NCBI GenBank assembly: GCA_023213395.1
Contig: CM041465.1
Span: 79,925,741 to 79,989,740, forward strand
Origin: Cycas panzhihuaensis
Taxonomy: Eukaryota > Plantae > Cycadophyta
Direction: 5' to 3'
DNA length: 64,000 nucleotides
Position numbers and translations under genes: made by a program. This document shows, in pieces, positions 26,570 to 40,648 of this stretch. Numbering within the stretch: the stretch's first letter is position 1; the number at the start of each line of letters is the position of its first letter. Under the pieces are notes generated by a model. The model was not told where the DNA came from and made no database searches. It saw only the letters and a list, made by a program, of their open reading frames with translations.

Positions 26570-29500
26570 TTTTTGAGATGAAAATAAAATAAAATAAAGT
26601 TGGGAGCCTAAGTTATCTTTTGAGTATAAAACTCAAAAGAGAATGAGATCCAACTATAGTGATGGAAAAATCACAATTAGTGTAAATACTAGAAAGAGCA
26701 AGAGACTTACATGATTATGAGTTAGATCTGTCATAAAAACACTGCAATGGCTAGTAAAAGCAAAGAGAAATTAGAAAGAAGGAGGGGGATTTGCCCATAG
26801 TTTTAGCTCATTAGGTAAAGGAACAAACTTCAAAGTCATAGTTTATCCTCATTGTGGAGGTGATGAACGAGTGATCTTTTGGGGAGTGCAACTAGCTCCC
26901 AACTTGATAATTCAAGGAACGTCCTCTATCCCTAAATCTACATTAATGATTTATATCATAAGTATTGCCTTACCTTCCTCAAAATGAGGAGGGACAAGCC
27001 CAATTGAAGAAATAGACTCCTGGGGTTGAGAATGATCAATTATGACTCTTGAAAAACCCAATTATGATGTCCATAAGTGAAACCAGGAGATGAACCTGCT
27101 AAATACTCTAGAATTATCTCGTCATTCTTAAAATGATCAACTTAAAAGAGATTGATGAGAAAAAGGTTCTTAGACTAGAAAGTAGACGAAGGGAAAGGCA
27201 TGAAGGGTGAGGATAGATCAACCAAAGAGTTTGAATAAGTAGGAGCAAACTCCATGATTGAAGGAACATGAGGAAAGAAGATGGGCCTATCTACGAACTC
27301 CCAAACTGAAGAAAAAACTTGATTGAACTCTTAATGATTCACACTAGGGTCATGGTTAGACCAAGATATCAAGATAAGAGAAGATAGTGGAGGATCTATA
27401 TGAGGAAGGGTATGAAAAGATATAGTAGAAATAGAATTAACTTCCTATAATATAGTGGAGATTTTATAACTATTTTGACCTATATCAAGTGAATCGATAT
27501 CTTCACCCCTTGATTCTAGGTCTAGGTGTTGATGCAACAACATCTTCCTCTCATGTTTATTCACCCATATTTTAAAGAAAGAGGAGTGAGAGAAGGATGG
27601 GGGAGCATCAACACATGAATCATACACAACCAAACTTGAAGAAGTAGATGTCGAGTAAGTGGTAACGGTAGAAACTATTGGATTTGCCCCTTAGGGCAAG
27701 TATAAAACCTGTGAGAAATGAGCATGAATAGAATTTGTGCCAGTAAACCCAACTGGAGGTGGATCTTGATGAGATTCAATGGAGTAAAAAGCTATATTTT
27801 TATTAGAAATGGAAGAAGAAGAAACCAAAGAGCAATCAGTCAAGTCTAAAGGAATAGGGATGGATGGGGAACTTGATAACAAAGGAACAACTTCAACTAA
27901 ATCTACATCCTTTACCTCTGGCTGGGTAGAAAGGGCTTCAATAGAAAAGTACAGACCTAAACTAAGCGATTGAAAGAAATATTCCATGAAATTGGAGGAT
28001 TTATCAGGTTCTGAAAAAGTTTCAATAAGAGGAACTGATTGCTTAATGGGTTTGGGCTTTCGCCTAACAATCTTTAATTCTCCCTCGTGGATGAACCTAA
28101 GTTCACCAAAGAGGGAGGAACAGACCACTACTATTTGGGTGATCCATGGTCAACCCAAAAGTATGTTATATTCTAAGTCTAAGTCAATCATGGTAAGCTC
28201 AGCAAAAACCATCTTTTCTTCTAATATAAGGGCACCTTTTGATTCTTATCATACCCTTAGCAAATCCACTCACATGGGTCAAAAACAAAAATTTCCAAAT
28301 CCTTGACAAAATAAAAAGAGATTATATTGACTGATGATCCCTCGTTAATAATAACCCACTTGATATTAATGTCTTCTTTCATAATCTCAATGTAAAATGG
28401 GGGAATATCATTCAGTGCATGGGCATAATGACTAGATAAGGTAGCAAGGTCGAAAGAAAGCATAGAAGTAGATAAAGAAGATACCGTGGGTCTCCCAATG
28501 CATCAAATAGAAGTTGACGTAACTAAAGGTGACACCTCAGTAAATCAATAACTGATATGACTATCGAGATGGTCTTCAATTATTCTACTAAGGAGAAAGA
28601 TCCATCCTTTAAACTAGAAGGAATGGACCTAAACTTGATGGGATGAGGGGGTACTAGAGGTAAAGAGTTAGGATTCCTTACCATTAAATCATTAGATGAT
28701 TTGGATGGACTTGCACTCTTTGTAGTCTCCACCATGCTTATGGTTCTCTTAGTATCCCAACCTTTGGGAGGTAGGCAAGATTGATTGATGTTTCTTTTTG
28801 TTAGAATGTTTATGGGAGTGGCTGTCTTCTTTGATGAATTAGAACTCGAAGGCTTTCCTTCATCATCTTACACATGCTTTTCTTTACCTTTATCTTCTTT
28901 ACTCATCTTGTCATTATGCTAAGGTAATGGATTCTTGTGGATCATTTGGTCTTGGTATGACTTAGAAGCTCGGTTTGTTCGAACACTTGCATTTTGATAT
29001 GCACTTTAAACTGTTTGGTACTCACTTCTATTATGTATATCAGTCTGATGATATGAGTACCATTTCGTCTTCCTAAAGGGAGGAGGAGGTGGGGGAGGAG
29101 CTTGCTTCTTCCTCCCCTCAGTAAGATGAACCACTTTGGTCTTTTAGGAAGGGTGACTTTGAAAAGGAGGATCAACACACAACTTAGTATTGATTGTGTA
29201 TTCTAATGATCTAATTGAAGAAGTGAGATGATCATAAGTGGGTTTAGGATGGGAAGCCTTTATAGTTTGAATTGTTTCTTTAGAGAGCGTAGTTTCTCCA
29301 ACCTTTTTAATACCTACTTGAATTTCAAATGTGTGATCAACTACTTCTTCATTCATTTGAGGGCTCAACTTTAAAATTTCTAAGTGCACGTGAGGCCTCA
29401 ATATATTAGTAAATAGATTGAATAATAACCTAAGGTCAAAATATGAGTGGCAAGCATGTACTTAGTCTTGAAACCTCCTAGTAAAGTCCCATGATGTCTT

Positions 29501-32500
29501 ATCATGATTTTACTTAATGGCCAACAAAGATTTAATGCCTAAATTAAATGGTCTTACTACATCAAAATAGTTGATAAAGGAGTCAACTAATTATTGGAAT
29601 AAGAGAATGGAAGCTAAAGGGAGACGATAAAACCACTTCAAGGTATTGCAAGTGATTTAGGATAAATGTGCATTATAACATAGTCATATGGCATAAAATA
29701 TATATATGCAAGTGTGAATGCCTATATATGGGAGGTAGGGCCTTGAGAAAAGTCACCAGAAATTTAGGCAACTAAGGAAGGAATGGAGGCATAGGTGACA
29801 ACAAAACCTCGCATGGGAAGGGAGACTTTATATAATCTAGGAAGGGCCTCCTTGGCCTCAACATAGTAAGATATTGAGGTAAGGATGATAAATGAGAAAT
29901 AGATGAATGAACAAGTTATTGCAATTGTGGTTATTGTTGTGAAATATCATGAGATAGGAGAGTAGGGGGAACAAACCACGTTGCGAGGTTAACCACAGAG
30001 TTGGTTTGAGGTATAAGGTGTTGAGGGAAACTTGAATTAAAAGTGTAAAAGGGATTAGATTATGGAGTAGGTCTAGGAATATGTAAAGAAGAAGTGGGAT
30101 TATAAGTCCTCAAAGGTTGTGATTATCCTACTAAAATATGAGAATGAGTAGAATAAATGTGAGAAACATGTTGTGATAAAGAAATCACGTTAGACGCTCT
30201 AAGAGATGGTGGGCAAAGTCTAATACCATGGGACCAAATAGTATGCGATGCATGAGGGGGTACCTAGGTGGTAAAAGAAATAGGATGTGAAGAGGCAATC
30301 CTAGTGGAGTAAGAACGAATCAATTGTAAACTAGGTGAGGCCATAACCACTTGACTAGAAGTGGGTATATGTAGGGTGTTAGGTTGCTATAAGTAACAAT
30401 AGTGGTATCACCTCCATGAGTGGGACGTATGGAATGGGAAGAATGAATCCAAGCTTGTTATATAGGAGGAGATTGATGAGGCTGTGAATGAGTCAATTTA
30501 TAATCGTTAACTTCCTCCAAAGATGGGGAATGAGGTTGTGGCATAGGTCTTGGTAAAGGAGGATGAGAAGGGTGAGGAGACCTCATGGTATCAACTACCT
30601 CAATCAACCTAAAGTCTTCACCCAAGGGATTAATTTGAGCATGTTGCGGTAGAGATAACATAGTATGAGTCTCCGAGTAAAATAGGTCATGGTAACTAGG
30701 CATGCATAGTGGGGTAGGGATCCTAGTAAGGACCAACTCAAGAAAAGATGGATATAGCTGACCCGAAGGTGGCTCTTCTTATACGAAAGAAGAATCTATA
30801 AAAGAAGAATCACCACAGTATTAGGAAGGTTCTAGATATCCCTGCTCCACTAGTATGTTGTATAATTGGGTTGAATCTTTGGGAGGGTAAACGTATATGT
30901 CATGTGTTTAAAGTTTCAAAGATTCAACATAAGATGATGAAACATCCTAACCAAGGTGTGATGGATGCGCTTGAGAGCCAGGCAGAATACATTGAAGTCT
31001 TGACGAATGCCTAGGGGTAGGTGTTATTGTTTTAATAGATTTACTTGAGGATAAATAGTGGCTCCCCAGTATGGTCACCCAAAAGATGGTCATGTGCCTA
31101 GGGGAGGACCTAAACTTAATATCTCTCAATTCCTTTTTGTAATTAAAATTGGGAGATATGACGCTCAAGAAGACCTAAGGGACCATCTTTGCCCAACTCC
31201 TAAGGAGGATTCTTTCCCTAGTAGTGCCATCTAATGAAGTATAAATGGATAAGATAAAAGGCATGGATCTGAAATGGGGTAATAGAATCCATTAACCTAC
31301 ACGACTTGACGAAGTAGTTTTAAGTTTGGAGCCACATTGATAATATCCTCAAATGTCTTTCCTAGGGATTCCTCTCCTACAATCTTTTCAACCTTTTGGG
31401 TTCTACTTAGATGTGGGAGAAGGCAAGCCAATAGAAATGTGGTTTGTCTTGTTTCAGTTTCTTGCTTTGGTTTGTGTTTACTTTGTTTGTCTTTCTCTTT
31501 GTTGTCTTTTCCCTTTTCGTATGGTATTTATAGTCACTTCATGTCCCTTTGTATTTGTTCTTTCTAGATTTTGATATGATAGCAAAGAGACAAAACCAAG
31601 AGAGCAAGATAAATCTATGCAACCAAAAAGACTGCAAGATCAAACTCACATAAAGCCTTTTTTTTTTTTAATCAAAAGAAAACAAACTAGAAACAATGCA
31701 TGTAAGTTCTTTTTTTTTTTAATTTATTTTTAAAATAAAAGATGAATATGCAACTATAAAATAACTTTCCTATATGCCATATGCACACTTCACTTTAAAA
31801 GGAATAATACTACCAAGATCTAAAACTCACTATATGATCTTTGTGCAAGTTTTTAAAGAAATTAATTAACATGCAAAACTAGTCAACATACTTCATTCTT
31901 TATGTATGCAACCAATTCTTTAAAAAGGTGATGAATAATGCACAAAGAAAAGAGATTCTTAAAAGATACTACTGATATTTTTTGGTAATTTTTAGACCTA
32001 TAAAATGATAAGCAAATCACAGATCTAAACAATAACATCCACATAAGACTAGTACCAATGGTTCTATGACAATCGGAGTAGTAAGAGCTCCAAAAGGATC
32101 CTTGAACCATTTGCAAAACTGAAAAATTCAAAGATATTTTACCATATAATATTCTCAACTTTTTATTTATAAAATAAAGAAGCCAACTTAAAAATAAAAG
32201 TAAATGTAACCACAAGGATATATAAGAAAAGAATTTCTTTCCTATTGTGAAGAATGCCTCAGAATGATAGTTTTCCTTTTAATTGACTAACTCTTCCACA
32301 AACTTTCCTTCAATGAAAATCAAAGAAAAAAGAACAACAATTAAAAGAAGCCAAACTGGAGCCCAACAATGCCAAAAGAGAGAGGCAAACCAACTAAAAT
32401 ATAAACTACTACAAGAGAGTAGGAAGGGATAGCTAGATATATGGTGGAGAGATGACCATGCTCCACCCTAGTCTACCCTTAAGGAACCTCATAAAGGGTT

Positions 32501-33543
32501 GATATTTTAGTGTATACTTTAGTATCTAAAACTAATACAAGATCACTACAATAATTAGCCAAAGAAAAGAAACGTTTCTGAGCTAAAATCACCTTTGAAA
32601 AACCATGAAACAAGCCATAAATATAATAGGAAAGATCTTACCAAATCAAAAGAAGCTTGAAGTATAAAACCTGATGAAGATCTAAGAAAATAGAAGCCTA
32701 GACTATCAACTGTTGAATAATACCAACATAACAACAAAACTCCTTTAAGATTTCACCTAGCAATCTTTAAAAAATTAAGTTTTCAAACTTATAGTAGCAG
32801 TCTTCAAGAAATCTCCAAACACTCCAAAATTTCTGATAAAATAAAGTAAAATCCCCCTCTCACTCATCAACTTACAACCAACAAAAACTCAAGAGCATTT
32901 TTAGACATCGAATGAATTAAATTCCATTGAATCTAGGTAGCGATATATAAAATTTTGGCACACTGCTCGAGTTTTCATTACATGACAGTGAAAAACATAA
33001 CCGATCACACTTTTTACCTACCAAAAACATGACCTTACTCTAAAAATGCGACCAGTTGTGTTTTGGCAGTGCTAAAAACATGATAACATCGGGGTAAAAA
33101 ATTGATAAAAATATAATAAAAAATGGTATTAAATGAAGATCTAATTATAAAAATGGATTTGCTAACAAGTAGATAAGCCCTGAATTAGGTGAAACACATT
33201 AAATACAAGTGCAAAAAGTTAATCAACAATAAAATTTGGGTGAAACCTTGAAAATAAGGTAAAAATGACAAGTTTTGAAGGAAACATGAGGTTAAGTTAA
33301 TTATGAAAGAAAATTTTGGTGCCATAGTTTATATCATTGGTAGATAGTAAAAAAAATATAAGTTATACCATCATTGCTAGTTATACTTTATTAATTAAAC
33401 TTCATATATCATTTCAATAAAAACATGGCTTAATCAATAATCAAACAAAATCTATCAATCATCCTCTATAAAATCGCACATAACATGTCAAAACATACCA
33501 ATACAAATTAAATACAAGTGAAGAGGCCAGGTTTTGGTGAAAC
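26570..33543 (-). mobile_element. Truncated Tat/Ogre-type Gypsy: leader/LTR region, gag and protease, no RT seen
   Basis: PPFYIEI..WVIINEGSSVNII (28257-28463) followed by YNILLG*PWIT..SSL..LRFIHEG (protease); YH..H and NPLP gag motifs about 28920-29070. Boundaries approximate. Confidence 0.7.
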
Positions 33544-33544
33544 G

Positions 33545-36414
33545 ATTTGGTTGGCCTTTTATTTAGTAGGTAGCAGGCTATGTTAACTACTTCAGCCTAA
33601 TATATTTTTGGAATGTTTTTACTAATCAACATATTATGTGGCATCTCCATGATAACTCTATTTTTTCTTTCTACTACCCCATTTAATTGGAGTATTGAAA
33701 ATGTATTCACCTCCTCCATCAGATCTTAAATACTTTATTTTAGAATCAACCTCTAATTCAACTTTGGATTTGAATTCTTTGAACACATTAAAGACTTTTG
33801 ATTTAGTATGCAAGAAATAGGTCCAAAGTTTTCTAGTTAGGTCATTTATGAAGGTAAGAAAGTATCTACATCCATTAATGGAATGTGGTGTGAATGAACC
33901 ATATAAATCACTATGAACTAATTATAATTTCCTTCCTGCTCACCATTTGCTCTCATGGAATGGTAGCTTATGTTATTTGCCATATTGACAGCTTTTACGT
34001 ACAAAGTTACTTGATGAGATTGGATGTAGACCAACTATTAGACCATTTCTCTCCATGTTTTTTTATTTTTCCATGGGGAGATGACCATACTTCAAATGCT
34101 GCATCTTATTATTATGACTTACTGTATTACAAGCTTTTACATCAGGTACAATTGGGTGTGATAGCAATCTATACAAGTCATTGCTTTCAACCCCTTTTAC
34201 AATTACATAGCCATTATTTTTCATGTCTAGGATGTAACAAAATCCTTTCTCATCAAATACAGTGCTCAACCCTTTTTTCTTAAGTTGGGAAATAGACAGA
34301 AGGTTCATTTTTAAACTAGGTATAAAAAATACATTTCTAATTTTCTTGACCTTTTCTTTTTTTTGAATGGTAATGTTTCTAACTCCTTTGATTTCAAGGG
34401 AGTATTTATCTCCCAATTCCATGGATTTGTCAAAAGTATATAGCCACAAACTTTCAAACCATTCTTCTCGATTGGTCATATGGCAAGAGGCTCATAAGTT
34501 GATGTACTATACATCTTCATCTTAGAGGCTTGTTGTTAGGGTGATGATGAAAGTTATTTCCTCTTCTTTATCATCATTATCACTAGATTATTCCTTTTTG
34601 TAGTTACCCATGGGTCATTTCTCTCTCTAGATATCTGCTTTCTTGCATTAGTATGGAAAATGTCCTAACTAGCCATAATGATAACACACATCAAATGCTT
34701 TACAGGAACTAGCAAAATGACCAATCTTACCATAACTGTAGCAAATCCTTGGAGTAATACTACGACCTCACCCTCTTTCATCTTACTAATGGCCTCGTGA
34801 TAAAGCATGACCTTCAGACATTCTTCCTCTTCCTATGTTGCGTCCTTTAAAACCTAGGTTCAATCTTGAGGCAAAGGCATCTTCTAGTTTACCTGCATCC
34901 TCATATCTCTTATTTCTCTACTCCTATCTTAGTAATAATCCTGTTAGAGTTTCTATTGTTATTGTTGTTATTTGATTAGTATTATGATAGTGTTTGTCAT
35001 TACATCGAATAATTTAGGTAGTTTAATAACCACAAGTTCCACCAATTATTGATCAGTGAGAGGAGCACTAGCATTGGAGAGGTCATTCCTTAGTAAAATT
35101 ATTTTATGCAAGAAGTCAGTAACTATTTTGGACTCCTTCATATAAAGTTTGAACAATTCTTCTTTCAGGGCTATTATCCTAGCCTTGTTCTTTTGCCCAT
35201 ACAAGTTTCCTAGACACTTCAAAATGCTTTCAATGGAGTATAGGTTTTTAACATAGATAAGAAGTGAATCTAAAATAGATAATTTTAAGATGATAACCCC
35301 TGTATTATCCCAATCTTCTTAGTTAGTTTGCTTAGGCCTAACATCCTTTGGTTTGGTTTTGGCTCCAATTATAATTCTCTAGGCATTTTTAGCTCTAAAG
35401 AGTGTCTTTATCTTAATTTTCTAAATGTGGTAATTAATATCAGTAAGCTTGTCATTATTAGACATAGCTAGGATGGAGGAAGCCATTTTTTAGGAAAGAG
35501 CAGTGTTTTGGGAGCCTTAAGCCATACAATGATATAGATTTTTATACAGTACCTAAATTATATAGATGGAAAGGAGACCTATCTCAAAAGAAAGATCTTG
35601 GAGAGTAGATCAAAGACCTAAAATTATTTTTTTCAGACAGCCTTTGGTTTGAGAGAAATCTGACTTGAAATCTCTAAATGGGTAGTTAGGGTTTCTCATA
35701 AATATGAAAATATCTTTGTAAATCCTTAAAAATACTCTTCACAAAAGTATTCAAAAGATTTATATACTCCAAACAAAGAGTTTCAATCTAAGATTACTTC
35801 AAGATTTGCTTAAATCTAAGAAAAATCTTCAAAAAAGCCTTGTAGACCTGCACGACTAGTAAATGGGTTAAAACTCCTTCAAAAGGACCTCATATCACTT
35901 CATGATAGAAGAGAAATATGAAGAGGACTTTGAGATCTATGATCTAGGTGAAGTTCATTGAAATTAGAGATCTTGACCTTTTCAAGTTTGTACGGTCGTA
36001 CAATTCCATACAATCACCTATGTACTTGCTTTATGTTATGATCCTGCTTGTTTGGTCTTCTTACCTCCTTCTTTTATTACTCGATATGTCTATCTCATTC
36101 TTTGCTTCAAATTCATTTGATGACCTTATCTTTCTCCTTCACAGCTTGTCTGAGGTTGCACTTATCTCTCTCACTTGATTTTGTAGAAACCCTTTCTTAA
36201 TCAGGCAGAATAACCTACTCTACTACCATGTCAAAATGCTAGACAAAAGATAGATGAAGAATTCTTGATAATTATCATTGAGAGCTCAAGTGAATAAATA
36301 TAATTAGGATTTGTAACTAACTTATAATTAAAATACATCTAAAGGACACGTGTCTGTTAGTTACATACATTGAATATTTAGTCTATTACATAAGATAAAA
36401 TATTATATTTTAAT
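33545..36414 (-). mobile_element. 5' half of a Copia element (short LTR, PBS, gag, protease, integrase N-part)
   Basis: LTR about 36229-36414; PBS revcomp ctctactacca 36218-36228; gag MASS..KLTDINYHI*KIKI from 35487; two CCHC knuckles 34645-34745; ORF 34063-34479 (NVFFIPSLKMNLLSISQL); LRSDGGGE about 33710-33730; ACYLLNKRPTK about 33550-33580. Confidence 0.85.
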
Positions 36415-36419
36415 AGTCT

Positions 36420-38284
36420 TATTTCTAATGGTAGATAGTTTAGCTTTGCATACATGGTGTTCTTAATCAATGCAAGGTAATGCTTCTATGGGCTAGTCTT
36501 TATAATTAATTGGTCTTAAACATTAGTTTTCCATAGGCAACTTTGTGGATATGATTCATACGGATGACTTAGGGTGTAAGATATATAGATAGCAGATCAT
36601 CATATAATCACGCTTCAAACCCTAACTTCTTTACTCATCATATCAATATATAAATCATACAAAATAAGATATCAAACTTAATTTTAATAATCTTTCTTCA
36701 TGATTTAATTCATATTTTATATTAACCTCATATATACTTGCCTTTATATTAGTGCTTCAACCTATTTCATGTTGTTGTCAACACATTTTTCTTTTGTTTT
36801 TTAGTTTATTACATCTCATATATACATATAAATATCTTGCCATTTCTTAGAAAATATCTCATCACAGTATATTGCTAAAATTTCTTTAATCCCTCTTCTT
36901 ACACACTATGCATTTAGATTGTATAATAAAAATTTTCACAGTATACTTTTTTAATAATATAATAATGATAAAAGCTTTTATTATGAAACCTTAACTAGTA
37001 TATATTTCATGCTTCATAACAAACCCTTATTTTTACTCAATTCATGCCCAAACATTGCTAATTTTAAGCCCTAATGATACCTTCATATTGCTTGCTAAAT
37101 TATCCTATCAATAGGTTTCTTATTTGTATATAAATCTATCATATATTGAGTGTATATGCTCGATGCCTATTTTACTTTCACTGATGCAATACTGAGTTGC
37201 TACATCACTCTTATAAGGTGATAAATCCTACTTGGGTAATCATATCACTAATAACATCTTACTCAATTTATTTTTGTTGGTTGTGAGATTTGGTGAAATG
37301 AGTAGTTTTACAAAATCTTAGTTACATCTATAAGGAGTTAGTTTGTATTAGTAAACTCAACTAATAATAGTTCTCCTCATCATTTGGTGGACTTCTTTAA
37401 TACAAATATGCTTTAAGTATATGGTACCAACATGATAAAAATAATTTTTTACATAAGTTTAATAATCAACATTACCCATCAGTTTGATGAATTCAACATG
37501 TAGATTCATCATTTGTATACATCTTTGAATCAATGTTATCATACCCTAAAATTTTGGTCACATGTCATTTGCATAATCAACTTTTGGCTCATCAAAATAC
37601 TCCTCATACTGGCTCTTATACTAGCTTATATTAGCTCCATAACTAACTTAAAGTTTGGCTTAACTAGCTCTATATAGGTTTCAATATATCTCACAAGATC
37701 TTTTACAATATGGTCAGCAACCAAGCTCTTACCATAACTTTGATACCATATTAGAATTTTGAATTTAGTTGTGATAACATGTTAGAATATATTCATCATA
37801 TATAGTGAAAGCATATTAACCAAATATAATGAATCAATCATATCATGAGGATTATGTACATAATTCATGTAATGTAAAGATCAACATATAAAGTAATAAT
37901 ATGAATATAAAGTAATAAATATAATTGTAATAAATAATAAATATGTACTACAAGATAACATATTTATATATGGAAAACTCAAGATAGAAAAAACTACAAG
38001 AGAATGTTGGAGTTGGAAACTCCTCTTTATGATATTAAATGAACTATATCTTTAAGTCAATCTGTATTTTCCCAAGTTTTTAGGTGGTATATATATATAT
38101 ATATATATATAAAATCATCTCATGAATAACTTATAATATCTTTTAAGCATTTTCATCATCTAGTAGGACGTATACATAAATATGCATGCATGCCACACTT
38201 ATTAATGCTTTTACTATAAGATTATGTAGATCTATAATAATGCATTAAACATTACATATGTGAGAATAATCACATATTCCAACA
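36420..38284 (-). mobile_element. 5' LTR plus partial internal region related to the 1482-8570 family
   Basis: PBS revcomp ctttgatacca 37738-37748; LTR 37749-38284 shares tggaaaac..ggagtt..actcct and tattaaacattacatat..atcacatatt motifs with 8154-8570; shared ctcatactggctc motif just inside. Confidence 0.7.
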
Positions 38285-39279
38285 TTTTAGACTTAAAAGA
38301 GATACACTTAAAGCACAAAAGTAAAAGAAAAAAAATATAAAAACATATAATAAAATAAATAAAGAAAAGAAACCAAAGGAAAACTGCATTCTTTTCATCC
38401 TTTCTCTTTACTTATATTTGTGATTTTTTGCTTGTATATTCATTTAGATCCATGTGTGATCATTCAGAGGAAAGCCAAGTTTAAGTACATATGGACCTTA
38501 GGACTCTTTATTACTTATTTATATTTCGTATTATTGCATACTTAATGTTGCTTATTTGTTTTATATTAATGCTTATCATGTCTAGATAGAAGTAGATATT
38601 GTAATTTTCATTTATTTAAGATTGATTGAGTGATCACATTAGTTAGATCTTCATTGATTTCTTATGGTTATTTGTATTTTTTTAATCTCTCTATCGTAGA
38701 AATAATATCTATAAAGATTGCCATACCTACATACGTAGGCTTAGGATCCCTAGTGGAATTGACCTGTTATTGGTGTATTATGTAAGAGACATTAATGAGA
38801 TATAAGAAGGTAGTTTTCTCTCTTAGGTCAAGTAATAAGGAGAATTAATGGGCACTCCTAGGTTTTTTAGTAAAGCCTTTAGTAATCACTTATCACGAAT
38901 TATAAGTTAGTGAGCTACTATACAGTTTCTAAGGATTAGTTTCATGTATCTTTAAGTATATAGGAATTATATTCTTCTAAAGTTTGAGGATGAGAGAAGA
39001 TATATACATACATTAGATAAATACCTTCTAACACTAGGGCCATCAGAACTTTAATTAGATGACTTTATATGACTCATCTTCTCTCCTCTTCTTACTTCTT
39101 TATACTCTCCTTTTTCTAACACTTTCTTCTTCATAATCTCCTTTGAGTCTCAACCTTATTTACTCTTATCTTCTCTTGCCTTGTAATGAGTCTTACCTTG
39201 AGTAAGTTTTGGACTAATTATTGTACCTTATTTGGAACTTTCCCTTCCCATATCCCCTCTCTTTGCAAAAGGGCTAATT

Positions 39280-39810
39280 CATTCAGGACTACCCAAATCT
39301 TAAGCAAATAGTTAGCTATTGAGGATGCCATTTAGGAGTCTATAAATATATTCAAGTAATACCTAGAATTACATCCCAGATGTTTTGAGGATAAAACTTT
39401 GTAAGGGATAGGACTTATTATGAATCAAATTAGTATTAAAAATAATAATTATTTTGAATTAAGTTTATGTAGGAAGAGCTATATTATTTGGTAAGTCACC
39501 CATCAGGTAGTATAAATATGTAATTTGTATGGACTTATCATTAGCTATTATTAATACATATATTGGATTTATTCCAATTCTCTTTTACAAATTGGTGTGT
39601 GCAATCATATCAATGTTTAAGGGCTATAAAAACCTATATCATAATCTAATTAAGATATGATTAGGAATTAGTACATACTTTTTGAGAATAGACACATTAA
39701 ATATATTATATAAGCTTTAGATTCAATGATAAGTTAGTTTTAAACTTTTCTCTTCATATGCTTATCTATTCGTGAATAGTACATAATCTTGAAATTCAAC
39801 TTTACATCTA
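39280..39810 (+). mobile_element. Chromovirus 3' end remnant (chromodomain tail, PPT, LTR)
   Basis: EDAI*ES...YLEL...FEDKTL* then aagggatagg and tattatg start at about 39417. Confidence 0.5.
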
Positions 39811-40270
39811 AAGTCTTAGTGATGCTTGGAATATCTATATGGTAAAATTGTCTATGCTACTCCATGTAGATGTATAATTTCTTGTCTAAAAACTTCAACT
39901 ATCCTTCTTTCTACTAGTGGTAATTCTATTAAGATGATATATCACTACCATCATCATATCAGACCACCAGTTAGGATGTTGTAGCTTAGTGATGAAATCT
40001 ATTATAAATCTCTCCTCGTTTTAAATTATGAAATATTAACAGCTTAAGTAACCCAAATAGATTTTTGGCATTCAAAGTTTAGACATTATCATTGGATATA
40101 TTATGCTAAACATGCAACTAGCACTTTCTTTAATGTTGCCAAATAGATATTTCTATTAATGCCTCAATTAGCTTTTTGAAATCTTAGATGGCTTATGATG
40201 GTTATTCTAGGACTATCATATAGAATTCTCTATTTCATATGTGTTATACTTAGAATGTATATCATATATA

Positions 40271-40648
40271 TATTACATAATCACTTACGATTTATAGAAC
40301 TTGCCCACCTACTTATGTGACTGGATCCTGGTGGTTAGTGTTAGTCATTAACTTGCATGCATGGGACTATTTATGACCATCAATAGAATTAAAGATCATC
40401 TGTCCTACCAATGGCCTCTTTTGTCTATTTAAGGCTCTATATTTGCAAAAGAAGGTTGTTGTATATTTACATCTCATATGAGATTATACTTTAGTACACT
40501 TTGGTGTCCTTAAGCTCTCTTTGATATCCTTGTAAGTGGTTAATATGTGTATTTTACATCCTTCATAAATGAAAGTAGTTATATTTGCTACCACATTATG
40601 TCTTTTACATTATAAGGTTGAGGAAGATCACTGAATAGAAACCTCCCA
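40271..40648 (+). repeat. 5' LTR of chromovirus
   Basis: Diverged direct repeat of 59148-59553. Confidence 0.88.
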
